Virus record (IMG/VR): IMGVR_UViG_3300050026_000241
Direction: 5' to 3' (one strand)
Source of the DNA: a virus
Taxonomy: Duplodnaviria; Heunggongvirae; Uroviricota; Caudoviricetes
Length of the DNA: 64,000 nt
Notes under the pieces: model-generated
Told to the model about the DNA's origin: nothing
Seen by the model: only the letters and a program-made list of their open reading frames with translations
The model's database searches: none
Shown here: piece by piece, positions 62,169 to 64,000 of the stretch
Numbering within the stretch: position 1 is the first letter of the stretch
How the letters are laid out: each line of letters opens with the position of its first letter
Made by a program: the position numbers and the translations under genes

Positions 62169-62196
62169 TTGACTTCTCCCCGGCACATGGTAAGAT
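62169..62196 (+). promoter_or_regulatory. sigma70-like promoter cassette preceded by 12-nt iterons
   Basis: TGgTAAGAT; leader to 62258. Confidence 0.55.
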
Positions 62197-62257
62197 TGAG
62201 CATACAAACAACGCAACAGGAACAACACAACAGGAACACCGCAACAGGAACACCGCT

Positions 62258-62563
62258 ATGAAAATCACCGGAAGCAAGTTTGCAACAATGGCCGCCGCCG
62301 TCAAGGCCGTTGTCGAATACGCTGGGGGACCGCGAGCCATTATGGCCGCCTATGACCGATACACCGAGAAACGCCTGATATGGGACTTGTGGCACGCCGC
62401 AAGCCACAATATCCTCTATGATGACGCGCACCCTCAATTTGCCCTGGGATACTGCACCCGCGTCTATCCGCACGTTCCGAACTTCGATATTTACAGTGAC
62501 GGGGTTTACGATTCGCATATCGAAACGGCACTTTTTAAGATTTGGCGTGAAATTGCCGCTTGA
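62258..62563 (+). CDS. hypothetical protein
   Basis: leader has CAACAGGAACA x3. Confidence 0.55.
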   Translation: MKITGSKFATMAAAVKAVVEYAGGPRAIMAAYDRYTEKRLIWDLWHAASHNILYDDAHPQFALGYCTRVYPHVPNFDIYSDGVYDSHIETALFKIWREIAA

Positions 62564-62587
62564 CTTCTCCCCGGCACATGGTAAGAT
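62560..62587 (+). promoter_or_regulatory. sigma70-like promoter cassette
   Basis: TGgTAAGAT; leader to 62623. Confidence 0.55.
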
Positions 62588-62622
62588 TGATTAACAGTCA
62601 AACAACAACAGGAACAACAGAA

Positions 62623-62808
62623 ATGCACACCAAGCTAAAACAAGCCGTCATCCAATTCATCTTTGACAACCTGAATGAGTTTCAGTTAGTCAACGCCACC
62701 GTCGCACACTTCCGACCCTACATATACGACAGCAAAGGCGAATACCTAATCGGCGGAAAAGAAGTCGCCGGCTTCATCGTCAACGCCGCCAGACTTATCG
62801 CGTCCTAA
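62623..62808 (+). CDS. hypothetical protein
   Basis: cassette promoter + leader. Confidence 0.5.
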   Translation: MHTKLKQAVIQFIFDNLNEFQLVNATVAHFRPYIYDSKGEYLIGGKEVAGFIVNAARLIAS

Positions 62809-62828
62809 CCGAAACGGGGAGAACCGAA

Positions 62829-63104
62829 ATGGTACGCAAAACCGACTTGAATATGTTCACGGAAATGGCGGGCGAACCCGTCGAAGCTGAAAAAATCAAG
62901 GGCGTGATCTTCGTCTTTGGCAGCGAACTCGCCACGCTACGTATTTTCGCCAAGTATCAGGCGAACGGCAGCATACACAACCCGAAGGCCCGCGTAGGTC
63001 ATAGCGTCAACCTGGGCAAGTTTTACTTTGCCCTGGACACGACCGCCTATCACACCACCGAACGGTCCACCGAACCCGGCCACTTGAACCTCACCCTCGT
63101 TTAA
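62829..63104 (+). CDS. hypothetical protein
   Basis: GGGGAGAACCGAAATG RBS. Confidence 0.5.
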   Translation: MVRKTDLNMFTEMAGEPVEAEKIKGVIFVFGSELATLRIFAKYQANGSIHNPKARVGHSVNLGKFYFALDTTAYHTTERSTEPGHLNLTLV

Positions 63105-63127
63105 CCCGCCCGAACCGGAGAATCAGT

Positions 63128-63274
63128 ATGCGTAAAATCGTTCAACTCGTTTTACTTGTTGCCGCAACTTGTTGCCTTGTTGCCGGCTTCGGACTCGCGA
63201 AAGGCTGGGGTATCGTCCTCTTGTACCTAACAGCCCAAACTTTCGTTGCCCGGTTGCATGAGGGGGACGATTGA
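63128..63274 (+). CDS. small membrane protein
   Basis: 48 aa hydrophobic; approximate. Confidence 0.3.
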   Translation: MRKIVQLVLLVAATCCLVAGFGLAKGWGIVLLYLTAQTFVARLHEGDD

Positions 63275-63380
63275 ACAAGCCGCCGCCAACTATCCGCAAG
63301 GCTTGTCAATCAGACACGAAAACGACACGCCGACAGCGTATTGATTACTGATTACTGATTACTGATGCCAGAAGGTAGAC

Positions 63381-63554
63381 CATGCCGAACCATTTGAAAT
63401 TCTGCGGTTGCAAGGCTTGCCGGAGGGGCAAGCATACCCCGGCCGGCAGCGCCACGGTACGCGCAGCGATACGAAAGGACCGCAAGGCAGTCAAGGCCGC
63501 GCTAAAGAAAGGCGAAGAGCCGCCGCGCAAGGCCGGAGTGACGTACACGGATTA
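63381..63554 (+). CDS. small basic protein
   Basis: 57 aa; CGCKACRRG; approximate. Confidence 0.3.
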
Positions 63555-63583
63555 ACCCCGGCGACCGGCGCAACCGGGCCACT

Positions 63584-63645
63584 GATCGACCGGAGCGCTA
63601 GGCGCTAGGAAAACCGGAATTTGTTGGCGCGCCAGGCGGAATCGA
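63584..63645 (+). repeat. dispersed element (copy 3)
   Basis: ACTGATCGACCGGAGCGCTAGGCGCTAGGAAAACCGGAATTTGTTGGCGCGCCAGGCGG. Confidence 0.5.
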
Positions 63646-63825
63646 AAACCCCGGCAAATCCGGCACAATACCACCAGCGCGTTTACACGCTCTTTCTTCA
63701 CGCCGCCCGAAGTTTCCGTCGATGCCCGGGACTTGACGCCCGGCCGACGCCCGCCGGCACCCATGCCCGGCAGATCGAAACCGAGCGCCCGGACTCTGCG
63801 AAAAATGGAACACGGTTGATAAGGC

Positions 63826-64000
<175 letters not shown>

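Overview
This window reads as a GC-rich accessory or early region of a large bacteriophage; phage origin is an inference. Every supportable gene is on the + strand. I call about 150 ORFs, mostly small, and there is no capsid, terminase, portal, tail, DNA polymerase or RNA polymerase gene anywhere in the 64 kb.

The dominant structure is a near-identical host sigma70-type promoter cassette, TTGACT-N16-TGgTATGAT, repeated about 46 times between 10.7 kb and 62.6 kb. About 36 of those copies lie after 38.7 kb. Each copy sits directly in front of a small gene. One class has the ATG 6-7 nt after the -10 element, which predicts leaderless mRNAs. The other class carries a conserved 30-70 nt leader (gattgagtaRgttcaa...caacagggagcaacaaaATG) that often contains microsatellites or 12-21 nt tandem duplications.

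Two additional elements closely resemble a T7 single-subunit RNAP promoter (TTTTACGACTCTCTATGTG), at about 17936 and 23029.

Genes recognisable from sequence motifs:
- DNA methyltransferases: a beta-class amino-methyltransferase, a Dam-like enzyme, a C5-cytosine methyltransferase split across two reading frames at a T4 run, and an N-terminal methyltransferase fragment.
- Nucleases: an HNH-AP2 homing endonuclease, two further HNH nucleases, a DEDDh 3'-5' exonuclease and a PD-(D/E)xK-like protein.
- Other enzymes: two FkbM methyltransferases (one fused to a GT1 glycosyltransferase), a class I SAM methyltransferase, a Thg1-like 3'-5' nucleotidyltransferase, two radical SAM proteins, a C39-like peptidase and a HAD-like protein.
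- Other recognisable proteins: an ECF-like sigma factor, DUF4326, FeoA-like, FmdB zinc-ribbon and SEC-C motif proteins, and two SPFH paralogs.
- A TnpB-like gene bracketed by 22-nt inverted repeats.

Noncoding structure includes several tandem paralog arrays, a 1.1-kb repeat-rich noncoding block at 37.6-38.7 kb, and at least three dispersed noncoding repeat families. The window ends in (GCCCC)n repeats followed by a poly-C tract of more than 100 nt; this is probably a contig end and possibly an artifact.

Coordinates of promoters, short ORFs absent from the ORF track, and repeats were hand-counted and may be off by a few nt. Protein-family calls rest on recognisable sequence motifs only; no database search was run.
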